A stretch of 52,753 nt of DNA from a virus (lineage: Duplodnaviria > Caudoviricetes): positions 1 to 52,753 of the IMG/VR virus record IMGVR_UViG_3300028920_000086. One strand, written 5' to 3'. Each line of letters starts with the position of its first letter. Position 1 is the first letter of the stretch. The translations under genes were made by a program, and so were the position numbers. A model generated the notes under the pieces. It searched no databases. It saw only the letters and a list, made by a program, of their open reading frames with translations, and was not told the DNA's origin. Below, piece after piece: positions 8,756-17,657 of the stretch.

Positions 8756-9577
8756 CTATTCTAAAATATTTTTTTTAATTTGATGCTCATTTATTAATGC
8801 CAGCACCTCTTTGTGTGTTATTATTTTTCTTTTACAACTTTTATTTTGTAATTTATTTTCAGGACAATATCCCAAAACCCTACAACTGGCTCCCGCGTCT
8901 TTAAATAAATCTGGCGCACAATTTTTACAAAGTTTTAACATTTTATTTGCTAAATCTCTGATTTCTGTTTGTGCATTTAAACAACATCTTATTTTAAACC
9001 AATCTATTAAAGCATGAGCATTCATACCTATAATACCTTTAAATTCTGTTGCCTGTGGTTTTATATATCTTAACTCTTCTTCTGGTATTTTTAATTCTAA
9101 TCCTTTTTCATACCATATTTTAATCATATTTAATAAATCTGATAAATCATATTCAATTAATTCTCCATATGGCTGTTGATAAGAAGCACTAAAACTATGA
9201 AGTTTACTATTATTTGGAATTACTACATCAAAATTTCTTTTTCCGCTTTTGTTAACACGCCCCGATTTAATTAAATAACTTGCCAATCTTTTTCTAACCA
9301 ATTGTGTTTCAGTAACTCTAGAAAAGCCCTCTACTCCAAATATAAAATAATCAAATTCAGTGGCTGCTAAATGTCCACTATTTAATATATTTTGTACAAT
9401 TTTTTTATCATATTGTGAACCTATAATTTCTTTTAAATTTCTTTCAGAACGACAAAACCTACCTGCTATATCAGTATAAATTTTTCCTCCTCCTGATAAT
9501 AAAACTACATTTCCCTGCTCTACTAAAGATAAATTAATATCATTTAATAAATATTTTTTTATATCAAAATTAATAAT
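8756..9577 (-). CDS. thyX: flavin-dependent thymidylate synthase; probable ATT start at 9577 or 9574
   Basis: frame open from 9580 with SGHLAATEF, SRVTETQLVRKRLASYLIKSGR, RYIKPQA, RCCLNAQTEIR; GGGAGGTG SD before ATT ATT. Confidence 0.85.
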   Translation of the reverse strand: MINFDIKKYLLNDINLSLVEQGNVVLLSGGGKIYTDIAGRFCRSERNLKEIIGSQYDKKIVQNILNSGHLAATEFDYFIFGVEGFSRVTETQLVRKRLASYLIKSGRVNKSGKRNFDVVIPNNSKLHSFSASYQQPYGELIEYDLSDLLNMIKIWYEKGLELKIPEEELRYIKPQATEFKGIIGMNAHALIDWFKIRCCLNAQTEIRDLANKMLKLCKNCAPDLFKDAGASCRVLGYCPENKLQNKSCKRKIITHKEVLALINEHQIKKNILE

Positions 9578-10151
9578 TTCTCACCTCCCACACAATAATA
9601 TTTTCTTCTTTAAAACCAACTCTTGTATCAAAATTATATAAAGTTAGTTCTACAATTTTATCAAAAATATTATTTTTAATTAGATAGTCAAAAATATATT
9701 GAATATTTTTTGATAATTTTTTAGCTTCTCTATTTTCTTTTAAATCTATATTCCAAAATTTATAAGGGAAATTTAAACAAGATTCTCTTAAAGATTTACC
9801 TTTAATATCTGAATATCCTCCTCCTATAATAAAATCTTTTGTAATATAAAAATCTCCTTGTATTAACATATTATATCTATCATGATAATACATTGATTCA
9901 CATAAAGAAAAATTTTTATCTTTATATTCTTTTGTGATTGTTTCTGTTATTTTATCCATTCTAACAGCATAAGAAAACAGTCCAGAAGATTTAGCTTCTC
10001 TTATACCATAATATTCGAAATCAGTGGCTAATAAAAAATTCCATAAATATTCATAATCTATATTATCTTTTATAAAAATTTTAGATGTAATAGTTGTATT
10101 TAATTGATTTTTTACAATAAAATCAATGCTTTCTTGTTTATTTTTAATCAT
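9570..10151 (-). CDS. hypothetical protein
   Basis: start moved to ATG 10151 (AAGGAG SD). Confidence 0.75.
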   Translation of the reverse strand: MIKNKQESIDFIVKNQLNTTITSKIFIKDNIDYEYLWNFLLATDFEYYGIREAKSSGLFSYAVRMDKITETITKEYKDKNFSLCESMYYHDRYNMLIQGDFYITKDFIIGGGYSDIKGKSLRESCLNFPYKFWNIDLKENREAKKLSKNIQYIFDYLIKNNIFDKIVELTLYNFDTRVGFKEENIIVWEVRNY

Positions 10152-10178
10152 TTTTTCTCCTTTTTTGTATATAAACAA

Positions 10179-10198
10179 AAGAGTCTAATTAGACTCTT
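10179..10198. terminator. 20-bp palindrome, probable terminator
   Basis: AAGAGTCTAATTAGACTCTT with T-rich flanks. Confidence 0.6.
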
Positions 10199-10236
10199 CT
10201 TTTAAAAATTGTATTATTTAGTTTTTAATTTAAAAT

Positions 10237-10410
10237 TTATTTAGGTTTTATTTTGGATAAAGTAATTTCTTGAAAAGTTCCTATATTATATTCACCTGTA
10301 CAAGTATTATACCATATAGTGCCAATTTCCTCTTGGACTATCTTTGCAATTGTCATTGCTGGACTGCCACTTTTTAAATAAACTACATCTCCTACTTTAA
10401 ATTCGTTCAT
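10237..10410 (-). CDS. YodC/DUF2158-family small protein (57 aa, not in ORF track)
   Basis: MNEFKVGDVVYLKSGSPAMTI...; GGGAG SD. Confidence 0.75.
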   Translation of the reverse strand: MNEFKVGDVVYLKSGSPAMTIAKIVQEEIGTIWYNTCTGEYNIGTFQEITLSKIKPK

Positions 10411-10479
10411 TAATATGCTCCCTTTTTTTAGGTTTTTTATTTTATAAATATTTTTTTATTTGATTTTTTTGTATTATAA

Positions 10480-10668
10480 TTATTTATCTTCTTTTTTTAT
10501 AAATTGAATACCTTCGGTTACAAGTTCAATTATAATTCCATTTTTTAATTCAATAACAGCTATTGGAAAAGCATCTCCATCCCAATTACATTGAAAAAAA
10601 CCATGAAAATATCCAATTTTATCTTTATGTTCACCTTTTATTATTTTTACTTTTCTTAAATTTTCCAT
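10480..10668 (-). CDS. hypothetical protein (KOW-like)
   Basis: VKIIKGEHKDKIG; AGGAG SD. Confidence 0.7.
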   Translation of the reverse strand: MENLRKVKIIKGEHKDKIGYFHGFFQCNWDGDAFPIAVIELKNGIIIELVTEGIQFIKKEDK

Positions 10669-10726
10669 ATTAACTCCTAATTAAAATTTATATATTTATT
10701 GTATTTCCACTTTTTAATTTTGCAAT

Positions 10727-11062
10727 TTATAAATATTTTTTTTCATCTGATTTTTCTTTTATTAACAAGCAGACATTTAAAGTTAATACTATAAATAATA
10801 AAATTATTGATTTGAGTCTTTTGTCCATAATTTCTCCCTTCTCTTTTATAATTTTAATTTGATCTAAATTTAAACCAAATTCTTGATTAGTATCTTGTTC
10901 TATATAAATAGAATCAGATTTATTTAATTTTAAATTTAAATAACCTTTTTTCTTATATTTTTTTAAGACTTTAGATTGCCAACAATATCCTTCTGAACAA
11001 TATCTGCATTTATGCTTTAATAATCGTGAATCTACAATTTTTCCTTTCAAGGTATTTTCCAT
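10727..11062 (-). CDS. hypothetical protein
   Basis: 111 aa, CxxC, C-terminal hydrophobic stretch. Confidence 0.55.
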   Translation of the reverse strand: MENTLKGKIVDSRLLKHKCRYCSEGYCWQSKVLKKYKKKGYLNLKLNKSDSIYIEQDTNQEFGLNLDQIKIIKEKGEIMDKRLKSIILLFIVLTLNVCLLIKEKSDEKKYL

Positions 11063-11079
11063 TTATAAATTTCTCCTCT

Positions 11080-11298
11080 CTAATAATTATTTAAAGCACT
11101 AGAATTAATTAAATTTACTGCCTCTAAATAATTATAATATTTATCCTTAAATTTTAAAATTGGAATTGTTTTAAAATTTAAATCAATTATCTCTTTTAGG
11201 TTTTTTTCTATTGTATATTTTATTTTTTCTCTATCTAAGATTTCTTTAAGTATTTTACATTTGAGGCAGTCATTAGTAAATAATATTATTTCATTCAT
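11080..11298 (-). CDS. glutaredoxin/NrdH-like redoxin
   Basis: CLKC, TIP motif, 72 aa. Confidence 0.75.
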   Translation of the reverse strand: MNEIILFTNDCLKCKILKEILDREKIKYTIEKNLKEIIDLNFKTIPILKFKDKYYNYLEAVNLINSSALNNY

Positions 11299-11444
11299 AA
11301 AAAACTCCTTTTTAATTATAAACTTTATTTATACCCAGTTTTTTATATTTTAAAACATTTATTTATATTAAAATTATATAATTTTTTCTTGTACATTTTA
11401 ACTAAAAATCATATAATATTTTTGTATATTTTGTATATAAAATT

Positions 11445-11470
11445 TTTAATAAATGTATAGATTTATTAAA
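11445..11470. terminator. AT-rich hairpin after the 11472-12005 gene
   Basis: TTTAATAAAT-gtatag-ATTTATTAAA. Confidence 0.4.
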
Positions 11471-11471
11471 A

Positions 11472-12005
11472 TTAACTAAAATTTGAAAGACAGCTTCCAG
11501 TTGTTACTTCTAATATTTCAAATAATACTCCCTCTCCCATTAATTTATACATAAATCCCAAATACTCATTACAAATTTCAGCACCAGCTCTAGCCGCCAA
11601 ATAATTAAATTCTGTGGATTCAATTTCATCTATTTTTTCCTGTAATTTTTTTCTAGCAAGAAAATCTAAAGAAACATAATTGGCATTAAAATCCATTAAC
11701 TGTTTTAAATCTCCATATTTTAATTCATATATTTTACTATATAATATAAAACATAAATATTGTTCAGAGAACAAAATTACCTTTGCTTCTTCTATAGCTT
11801 CTGTTTTAATATATTCATTAATAATTTTTGTTCGAGAAAATAGACTATTGTTTTTTCTTTTTTCATTAACATAGTCAATAATTTCATTTCCTTTTTGATA
11901 TGTAAATTCTTCCAATGGTTTGAGAAAACTTCTTGCAATTTTAACACAAAAATCATCAATTTTTATTGGATCACAATAATAATTTACTACTATTTCATAA
12001 TTCAT
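11472..12005 (-). CDS. hypothetical protein
   Basis: 177 aa ORF. Confidence 0.75.
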   Translation of the reverse strand: MNYEIVVNYYCDPIKIDDFCVKIARSFLKPLEEFTYQKGNEIIDYVNEKRKNNSLFSRTKIINEYIKTEAIEEAKVILFSEQYLCFILYSKIYELKYGDLKQLMDFNANYVSLDFLARKKLQEKIDEIESTEFNYLAARAGAEICNEYLGFMYKLMGEGVLFEILEVTTGSCLSNFS

Positions 12006-12029
12006 TTATTTAACCATTTCTCCCTATTT

Positions 12030-12350
12030 TTAATATGAACAATCAATTTTCAATAACTTTACATCAGGATATTTTTCTTTTAATTTTTCTAGATTTAAAT
12101 AAATTGTTTCTTTATCTAATTCTAAAAAACTTTTATCGTTTATGTATTGATTTACACAGCTACAAAAATAGTTTGTTAAAATTCCTTTTTCACAGGCCTC
12201 TTGTTCTTCAAATAATTCAACTAATTTCTTTGGAGGAACAATTCCTGCTTCTTTACAGGCTTTATAGGCTTGATATTTTTTTTCTATTCCTTCTTTCGGG
12301 GTTACCCCCGTAATAAAAACCTCTACACTCATATTAATATTTCCCTTCAT
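12030..12350 (-). CDS. hypothetical phage protein
   Basis: ACKEAGIVPPK motif; follows promoter at 12371. Confidence 0.7.
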   Translation of the reverse strand: MKGNINMSVEVFITGVTPKEGIEKKYQAYKACKEAGIVPPKKLVELFEEQEACEKGILTNYFCSCVNQYINDKSFLELDKETIYLNLEKLKEKYPDVKLLKIDCSY

Positions 12351-12370
12351 TAAATATTTATTTTATTTTA

Positions 12371-12399
12371 ATTATAACATATTGTTTGTGCTCATACAA
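12371..12399 (-). promoter_or_regulatory. sigmaA-type promoter, TTGTAT class
   Basis: TTGTAT-17 nt-TATAAT with TG extension. Confidence 0.7.
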
Positions 12400-12424
12400 G
12401 ATTATTTTTTTTAATCTTTTATTT

Positions 12425-12700
12425 TTATTTATTATCATCTTTTTTAATTTTATAAGTAGTAATTTTACCTAAGCTAATTTTTTCCGCTTCTTTTTTGTTT
12501 TTACAGGGAATCTCTATTTGCTTAATTTCATTTTGATTATTTTCCATTTCAACTCCAACCCACCAGATTTTATATTTTTTATAGGGCTGTCTTAATATTT
12601 TTATAATTTTAAATTCATTTGCTGTTAATTCTAATTTTTCTTTAAATTTTAAAAAATCTTCTTCTGTTGTATTATCATTTTTTTCTTTTTTATTTTCCAC
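12425..12700 (-). CDS. hypothetical protein
   Basis: GTG start, AAGGAG SD. Confidence 0.7.
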   Translation of the reverse strand: MENKKEKNDNTTEEDFLKFKEKLELTANEFKIIKILRQPYKKYKIWWVGVEMENNQNEIKQIEIPCKNKKEAEKISLGKITTYKIKKDDNK

Positions 12701-12718
12701 TTTTTCTCCTTTATTATA

Positions 12719-12920
12719 TGGGGAAAGGAGGATTCGAACCTTTAGTTACTTATTATAACAAGTAAGTATTTTATCTTGTTACGTTGACAAGTATACTCTA
12801 CCCTGTTGCGTTGACAGTTTTTATTATAATTTTTCACTAATTATACAATTCTTTTTTATCTATTTTATATCGCCATATAACATTCAATAAAATTGTTTTA
12901 ACCAGTTAAACTATTCCCCC
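12719..12920 (-). ncRNA. tRNA-like RNA (Ser-UGA-like, long variable arm) with a 109-nt structured insert in the anticodon loop
   Basis: acceptor GGGGGAA/TTTCCCC-A; D arm GTTT-AACTGGTTA-AAAC; anticodon stem ATTTT/AAAAT; variable arm TTACTTGT/ATAAGTAA; T loop GGTTCGAATCC. Confidence 0.75.
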
Positions 12921-12928
12921 CATATTAT

Positions 12929-13354
12929 TTATTTTATATGTTTTTCAAACCAATTTTCTATTTTATTATATTTATATCCTATTTTTTCTAATCGTTTATA
13001 AATTTTATTTCGTCTTTCATTTGAACCTTTAATAATAATTAAAGAATTAGGATAACATACTTCATTTTCAAAAATTATTAAACATTTTTTTGCCCATAGC
13101 AATCCCTCTAAATTGTTATTGGTTTGTTGATTATATAGTTTAGAATATTCCATATTACTTAACCATTCTTTAATTTTTTTTCTTTTGTTAGTAATAATTA
13201 AAGAAACAAAATATCTATAATTATATTTTTTATTACCACTATAGCACTCAAAAAGCATATATGCTATTTTATTATTTTTTAATTTATATTGAGCATATTT
13301 ATCACAAAATTCTTCATCACTATCTAAAAAATTTATTGTTAAATTGTTAAACAT
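12929..13354 (-). CDS. hypothetical protein, possibly GNAT-like fold
   Basis: C-terminal NERRNKIYKRLEKIGY recalls the GNAT motif B; lies between the ligase and the tRNA-like RNA. Confidence 0.6.
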   Translation of the reverse strand: MFNNLTINFLDSDEEFCDKYAQYKLKNNKIAYMLFECYSGNKKYNYRYFVSLIITNKRKKIKEWLSNMEYSKLYNQQTNNNLEGLLWAKKCLIIFENEVCYPNSLIIIKGSNERRNKIYKRLEKIGYKYNKIENWFEKHIK

Positions 13355-13360
13355 AATTAA

Positions 13361-14542
13361 TTAAATGTCATATTTTAATAAAAATTTAGGTGATATACAT
13401 TTAAATGAAATATTATTATTATAATGTCTAAATACACACCCTTCTCTTAAAACATTAGGATTTAATAGAGATTTTTCAGTAACAAAATCACATAATTCAT
13501 CAATTGTTTCAGGTAATGTATAATTTTTAACTACTAAAGGACACCATTTAATTTCAGGATTATAGGCTTTTAAAATTGGAATAGCATATTGTGTTTCAGT
13601 TTTCATTGTACCAGTTTTAGTGTCACCGTTAACTAAATTAAAAAGATATAAATCATGTCCTTTTAATTTATATTTATTTCCCTGTATTCCTTCTCCTATT
13701 AATTCGCCCTGAACATAGGTAAAAATACTATGTCCTTCTTCTAATATATTATATAAATTACCATAATTTATTTTATCTAAGGTATATGTTTTTAATACTT
13801 CTTCTAAATTATATTTTTTAACAACTATCCAAAAATTTTCATTTTGATTAAATTTACGAAGATTTCTAGAACAAACTCCAAAATCAAATTCCAATAAAGA
13901 TTTATTTAAAATTTTATAAATATATTTTATAAATTTTGGTAATTTTTTTTCTTTTACTTCTATAAATGCAGTAAGAGAGCTACCATCTAATTTTTCTCTT
14001 ACTTCATAATTAATATCTTTTTGTTGAAAAATTTTTGAAAGATTTTGAATCCTTTCTTCATCTGTTTTAGTAACAAAATTAGGCCATGCTCTTCTTTCAT
14101 TTTTATGATTTCTATAATATATTTTTCTAAACAGCCAAAATTTACTTAGAAATTGTATAATTGGATTTTTCGGCTTTTTAGGAGTTGACATTTTAGGTGG
14201 ATTAATTTCATCAATATGCTTAACACCTATAATATTAGTTACATCATCACCCTCTTTATAATTACCCAGTGGTAATATAGATAATGGAAAACAAATACCC
14301 TGACTTAAAACTCCTGCCATTTTCATAGTTTTAATTTTATATTTCCTTTTTTCTAAAAATTCAAATTCTGGTTTTTGTGGTAATACAGAATCAATTTCTA
14401 TATAAATACATAAATCTCCAATTTTATATTCATTTTTTTGTACTATAACTTGCCATCCATCTATGAAAGCTAATTCTATTCTATCTCGATCTTCAATAGG
14501 AGATAAATTACTTATTTTTCTTATACTTGCTAATTTTCTCAA
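13361..14542 (-). CDS. ATP-dependent RNA ligase, Rnl5/DRB0094 family
   Basis: MRKLASIRKI N-terminal OB domain; EKLDGSS, QGELIG, REGCV, FKCIS motifs. Confidence 0.88.
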   Translation of the reverse strand: MRKLASIRKISNLSPIEDRDRIELAFIDGWQVIVQKNEYKIGDLCIYIEIDSVLPQKPEFEFLEKRKYKIKTMKMAGVLSQGICFPLSILPLGNYKEGDDVTNIIGVKHIDEINPPKMSTPKKPKNPIIQFLSKFWLFRKIYYRNHKNERRAWPNFVTKTDEERIQNLSKIFQQKDINYEVREKLDGSSLTAFIEVKEKKLPKFIKYIYKILNKSLLEFDFGVCSRNLRKFNQNENFWIVVKKYNLEEVLKTYTLDKINYGNLYNILEEGHSIFTYVQGELIGEGIQGNKYKLKGHDLYLFNLVNGDTKTGTMKTETQYAIPILKAYNPEIKWCPLVVKNYTLPETIDELCDFVTEKSLLNPNVLREGCVFRHYNNNISFKCISPKFLLKYDI

Positions 14543-14646
14543 TTATTTCACTCTTTCTTTTTTTATTTTTAGTATTTTATATTTAGAAATATTATTTCTA
14601 AATTATACAACAAAGTTTTTAATTATTTTTTATTTTTTTAAATCAT

Positions 14647-15240
14647 CTATTTATCCTCTTTTTTTAATTGATTTAAAAAAAACTCCCAACATTTATGACA
14701 TGCTTCGTTGAAATCTGTTTTATGATGCCATTCTTTGCCGGTACAAATATTTTTATACTCGGCTTCAATTATATCGGAAAACATAAAAGGACATAAATTT
14801 ATTAAACCAGCAATTTTATATTTTGAATTTTGTAATTTTTTTAATAATTCTGATTTTAAAATTTTTAAGTCTAAGGATATATTTTTATTTTCAGGAACAT
14901 GAATCATTCGATCTATATAATCAATTAATTTACCTAAATTCATATTCCCAATTGATTCTTTAGTTTTTTGATCATAATTATTGTTATTTTCAAGAAATTC
15001 TTCTATTCCATTTTGAAATATATTATAGTCTAATATAACATCAGTATGACCTATTTTTTTACCAATTAATATTTTAAAAGCAGTTTTGATTCTATTTAAT
15101 AGACGATGGGAATATGGTAATAAACTTTCTATAATTAATTCATTATCCTCGTCTAAATAAAGTCTATATCCTGAACCACAGCCACATTTACATTGAATTA
15201 TTGCTTGATTTTTTTCTTCTTTATTAATACTAAAAAACAT
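14647..15240 (-). CDS. hypothetical protein
   Basis: 197 aa, CKCGC. Confidence 0.7.
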   Translation of the reverse strand: MFFSINKEEKNQAIIQCKCGCGSGYRLYLDEDNELIIESLLPYSHRLLNRIKTAFKILIGKKIGHTDVILDYNIFQNGIEEFLENNNNYDQKTKESIGNMNLGKLIDYIDRMIHVPENKNISLDLKILKSELLKKLQNSKYKIAGLINLCPFMFSDIIEAEYKNICTGKEWHHKTDFNEACHKCWEFFLNQLKKEDK

Positions 15241-15281
15241 TAATTTTTTATCCTTTCTTGTTTTATATTTTATTAATTTTA

Positions 15282-15605
15282 TTATAATAATTTTTTTTCT
15301 TTTAAAACCGCATAGGCTGATTCTTTTAAAGCTTTTTTTAAATTTTCAGAATATTTTTTATTAAAATAATCTAATAAATAATCTTTAAGTTTATAAATTA
15401 TATTTTGTGATCTTTTAAATATATCATTATAATAATATAAAGCTTCATTTATTGAATCATTACTTATATCAAAATAAAAAAAATTTTTACTTTCTACTCT
15501 GGTAAGAAATTCATTTTTAAAAAGATAAATATATGATATATCTATCGCACTATTATAATATAATAAGTTTGCTAAAATAACTTCTGATGAAATATTATTA
15601 AACAT
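15282..15605 (-). CDS. hypothetical protein
   Basis: GGAGG SD. Confidence 0.7.
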   Translation of the reverse strand: MFNNISSEVILANLLYYNSAIDISYIYLFKNEFLTRVESKNFFYFDISNDSINEALYYYNDIFKRSQNIIYKLKDYLLDYFNKKYSENLKKALKESAYAVLKEKKLL

Positions 15606-15645
15606 TTTTTACCTCCAAGAATTAATATTTCTCTTTGTCCCCTTT

Positions 15646-15873
15646 CTAAAATATCTTTAAATATATCAAAATACCTACAATATTCATTGTGTCATATATT
15701 GACCACATTATGCAATCACCAAGTTTTTTTTCTTTAATGCCTATTATTAAAAAATATGTATTAGAAAAACACCATAAAATAAAACCTACAATAGAAGATA
15801 TTTGTGTTACTATAAAAAAATATGCAACCACTGAAACAACACCGCAAATTAAATTTAAAATTTTATTATTCAT
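15646..15873 (-). CDS. small membrane protein (PnuC-like half, tentative)
   Basis: three hydrophobic segments, GFILWCFSN. Confidence 0.5.
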   Translation of the reverse strand: MNNKILNLICGVVSVVAYFFIVTQISSIVGFILWCFSNTYFLIIGIKEKKLGDCIMWSIYDTMNIVGILIYLKIF

Positions 15874-15902
15874 ATTATTAAAACTCCTTTATCTAAATAA
15901 AA

Positions 15903-16307
15903 TTATAACCACATTAAACCATCATCAACATTAGTAAACCAAAAAATATAATCTTTTTTAATTTTATCTCTTAAATAAAAATAAATATATTTTGAATCAT
16001 TCTTTCCTTTAAGTAGTACAATTCTTTCTTTATCATTATATAAATATTTTTTGTTTTTTTGTAAAATATGCTTCATTTGTATAATAATTTTTTCAAAAGT
16101 ATAATTCCAAACGCCGTTTTGAACTATTTCAGTCCAACAACTGTGTTCTAAACCATGACAACAATATAAAAATTCATTAAAACCATAATATTTATAATAA
16201 TTTAAAAATAAGTCTAAAAAATTCTTATTATATTTTAAATTACTTATTTCAACATCTACATAATTTTCAATTGTTTTATTTAATAAATTTTTATTATATT
16301 TATTCAA
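15903..16307 (-). CDS. hypothetical protein
   Basis: 134 aa ORF. Confidence 0.65.
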   Translation of the reverse strand: MNKYNKNLLNKTIENYVDVEISNLKYNKNFLDLFLNYYKYYGFNEFLYCCHGLEHSCWTEIVQNGVWNYTFEKIIIQMKHILQKNKKYLYNDKERIVLLKGKNDSKYIYFYLRDKIKKDYIFWFTNVDDGLMWL

Positions 16308-16309
16308 TA

Positions 16310-17302
16310 TTATTCATCCTCTCTAAATACTTTAGGACTACAATATTTGTTAAAAATTTGATACTTAATTGAATCATCTAAATCAAAGCCCGCTGTATTT
16401 TTCCGACCTCCACCATTAAAATATTTTTTAGCTATTTCTCCCAAATGAATATCTTCTTTAATTCCTCTTAGGCTGGCACGATTTTCATTAATATTAATTA
16501 TCATAATAAAATCTAATGATAAATTTTGTTTAGCCAAATCATTTCCTAACATACTTATATAGTCATAACGTTCAGAAAAAACAACCCCAATATTATATTT
16601 ATCAAATTCCGTAGTAATTAATTTTTCTTGTTGTTGATTTAAATATTCTTTATATTGTTTATGAATAGCACCTGTAATAAGATTCATTTCAGAATTAAAA
16701 ACACCTTTATCCATTAATATATTATAAGTCATTTGTTCTACAAATTTATTCATGCCTACAAACATAAAATAATCATTCATTTTTTTGGGAAGTAAATCAT
16801 TTTCTTTTGCCCATTCCCATGTATCATATTTTCTTACTATAGTTATAAAATTATCTAATAAATTATAATAGCTTTGTTTAAAACCTTTCGCCAAAACTTT
16901 TTCATTCATTTTTTTATGAGAAAGTCCAAAATGATATAATAAATATGTTCCACATACAGGCATATCATATAAAAATTCATTAACATATGCCCACTTATAT
17001 TTATTTAACCATAATGCAGTGGTATGGTGATCATATAATTTTATTTTATATTTTAAAATTTGGCAATCTTCAATTTTTTGAGCTAATTCTTCACTAGGAG
17101 AAACATCGGTTATAAAAATTTTATCATAATTCTCGTAGCTTTTATTTTCTAATAAATCTTTTATATGATTATCTGGATTATGATTAATGCTATATAAAAC
17201 GTCTACATCTGACTGATATTTTACTTTGCATAAAATAGCAGAACCGGCTCCATCCAAATCTTCATCTGTAATTAATAAAACTTTTTCTTGTTTATTTTCC
17301 AT
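16310..17302 (-). CDS. DHH/DHHA1 phosphoesterase (oligoribonuclease-like)
   Basis: DEDLDG, ITDV, YDHH, GGGRKNTAG. Confidence 0.85.
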   Translation of the reverse strand: MENKQEKVLLITDEDLDGAGSAILCKVKYQSDVDVLYSINHNPDNHIKDLLENKSYENYDKIFITDVSPSEELAQKIEDCQILKYKIKLYDHHTTALWLNKYKWAYVNEFLYDMPVCGTYLLYHFGLSHKKMNEKVLAKGFKQSYYNLLDNFITIVRKYDTWEWAKENDLLPKKMNDYFMFVGMNKFVEQMTYNILMDKGVFNSEMNLITGAIHKQYKEYLNQQQEKLITTEFDKYNIGVVFSERYDYISMLGNDLAKQNLSLDFIMIININENRASLRGIKEDIHLGEIAKKYFNGGGRKNTAGFDLDDSIKYQIFNKYCSPKVFREDE

Positions 17303-17320
17303 TTTTATTATTCTCTTTTC

Positions 17321-17656
17321 TTATTTTTTATATAAAAACTCGGTTATAGGTTTAGCATAACCTCTATCATAATTAAAATAAAAATATTCCTTTTCAAAAT
17401 TATAATATAAAAAATCATCTAAATTTGGAGTATTATACCAAATACATTCAATATCAATATTTTTATAATTACTTAATTTATTTAAGGATATATTTCCAAA
17501 ACTTGAATGAAATCCTGGGTCAATTATATTATAAATACTAAACCATCCCGCATCTATAGAGAAAATAATATTTAAAAATCCTAAATCTTTTAAATATTTT
17601 TTAAATTCATTAACCTGTTTTAATGTAGAGTTTTCACTTATTTTTATTTCAATCAT
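17321..17656 (-). CDS. hypothetical protein
   Basis: 111 aa ORF. Confidence 0.65.
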   Translation of the reverse strand: MIEIKISENSTLKQVNEFKKYLKDLGFLNIIFSIDAGWFSIYNIIDPGFHSSFGNISLNKLSNYKNIDIECIWYNTPNLDDFLYYNFEKEYFYFNYDRGYAKPITEFLYKK

Positions 17657-17657
17657 A

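Noticed and set aside
8756-9301. ORF-track start for thyX (also starts at 1134, 10178, 19837, 30202)
   Set aside because: The thyX call truncates essential motifs; the others have better SD-supported or coupled ATGs downstream.
12785-12830. Two plus-strand TTGACA hexamers and a TATAAT as a promoter
   Set aside because: Spacings are 8 and 34 nt, not 16-18; better explained as the complement of the repeated hairpins.
12719-12920. tmRNA, Y RNA or group I intron explanation for the tRNA-like locus
   Set aside because: It has a full D stem, no G3-U70 pair and no credible tag ORF, so not tmRNA. The ends lie in the acceptor stem, unlike YrlA. The 109-nt insert is too short and shows no recognisable group I core.
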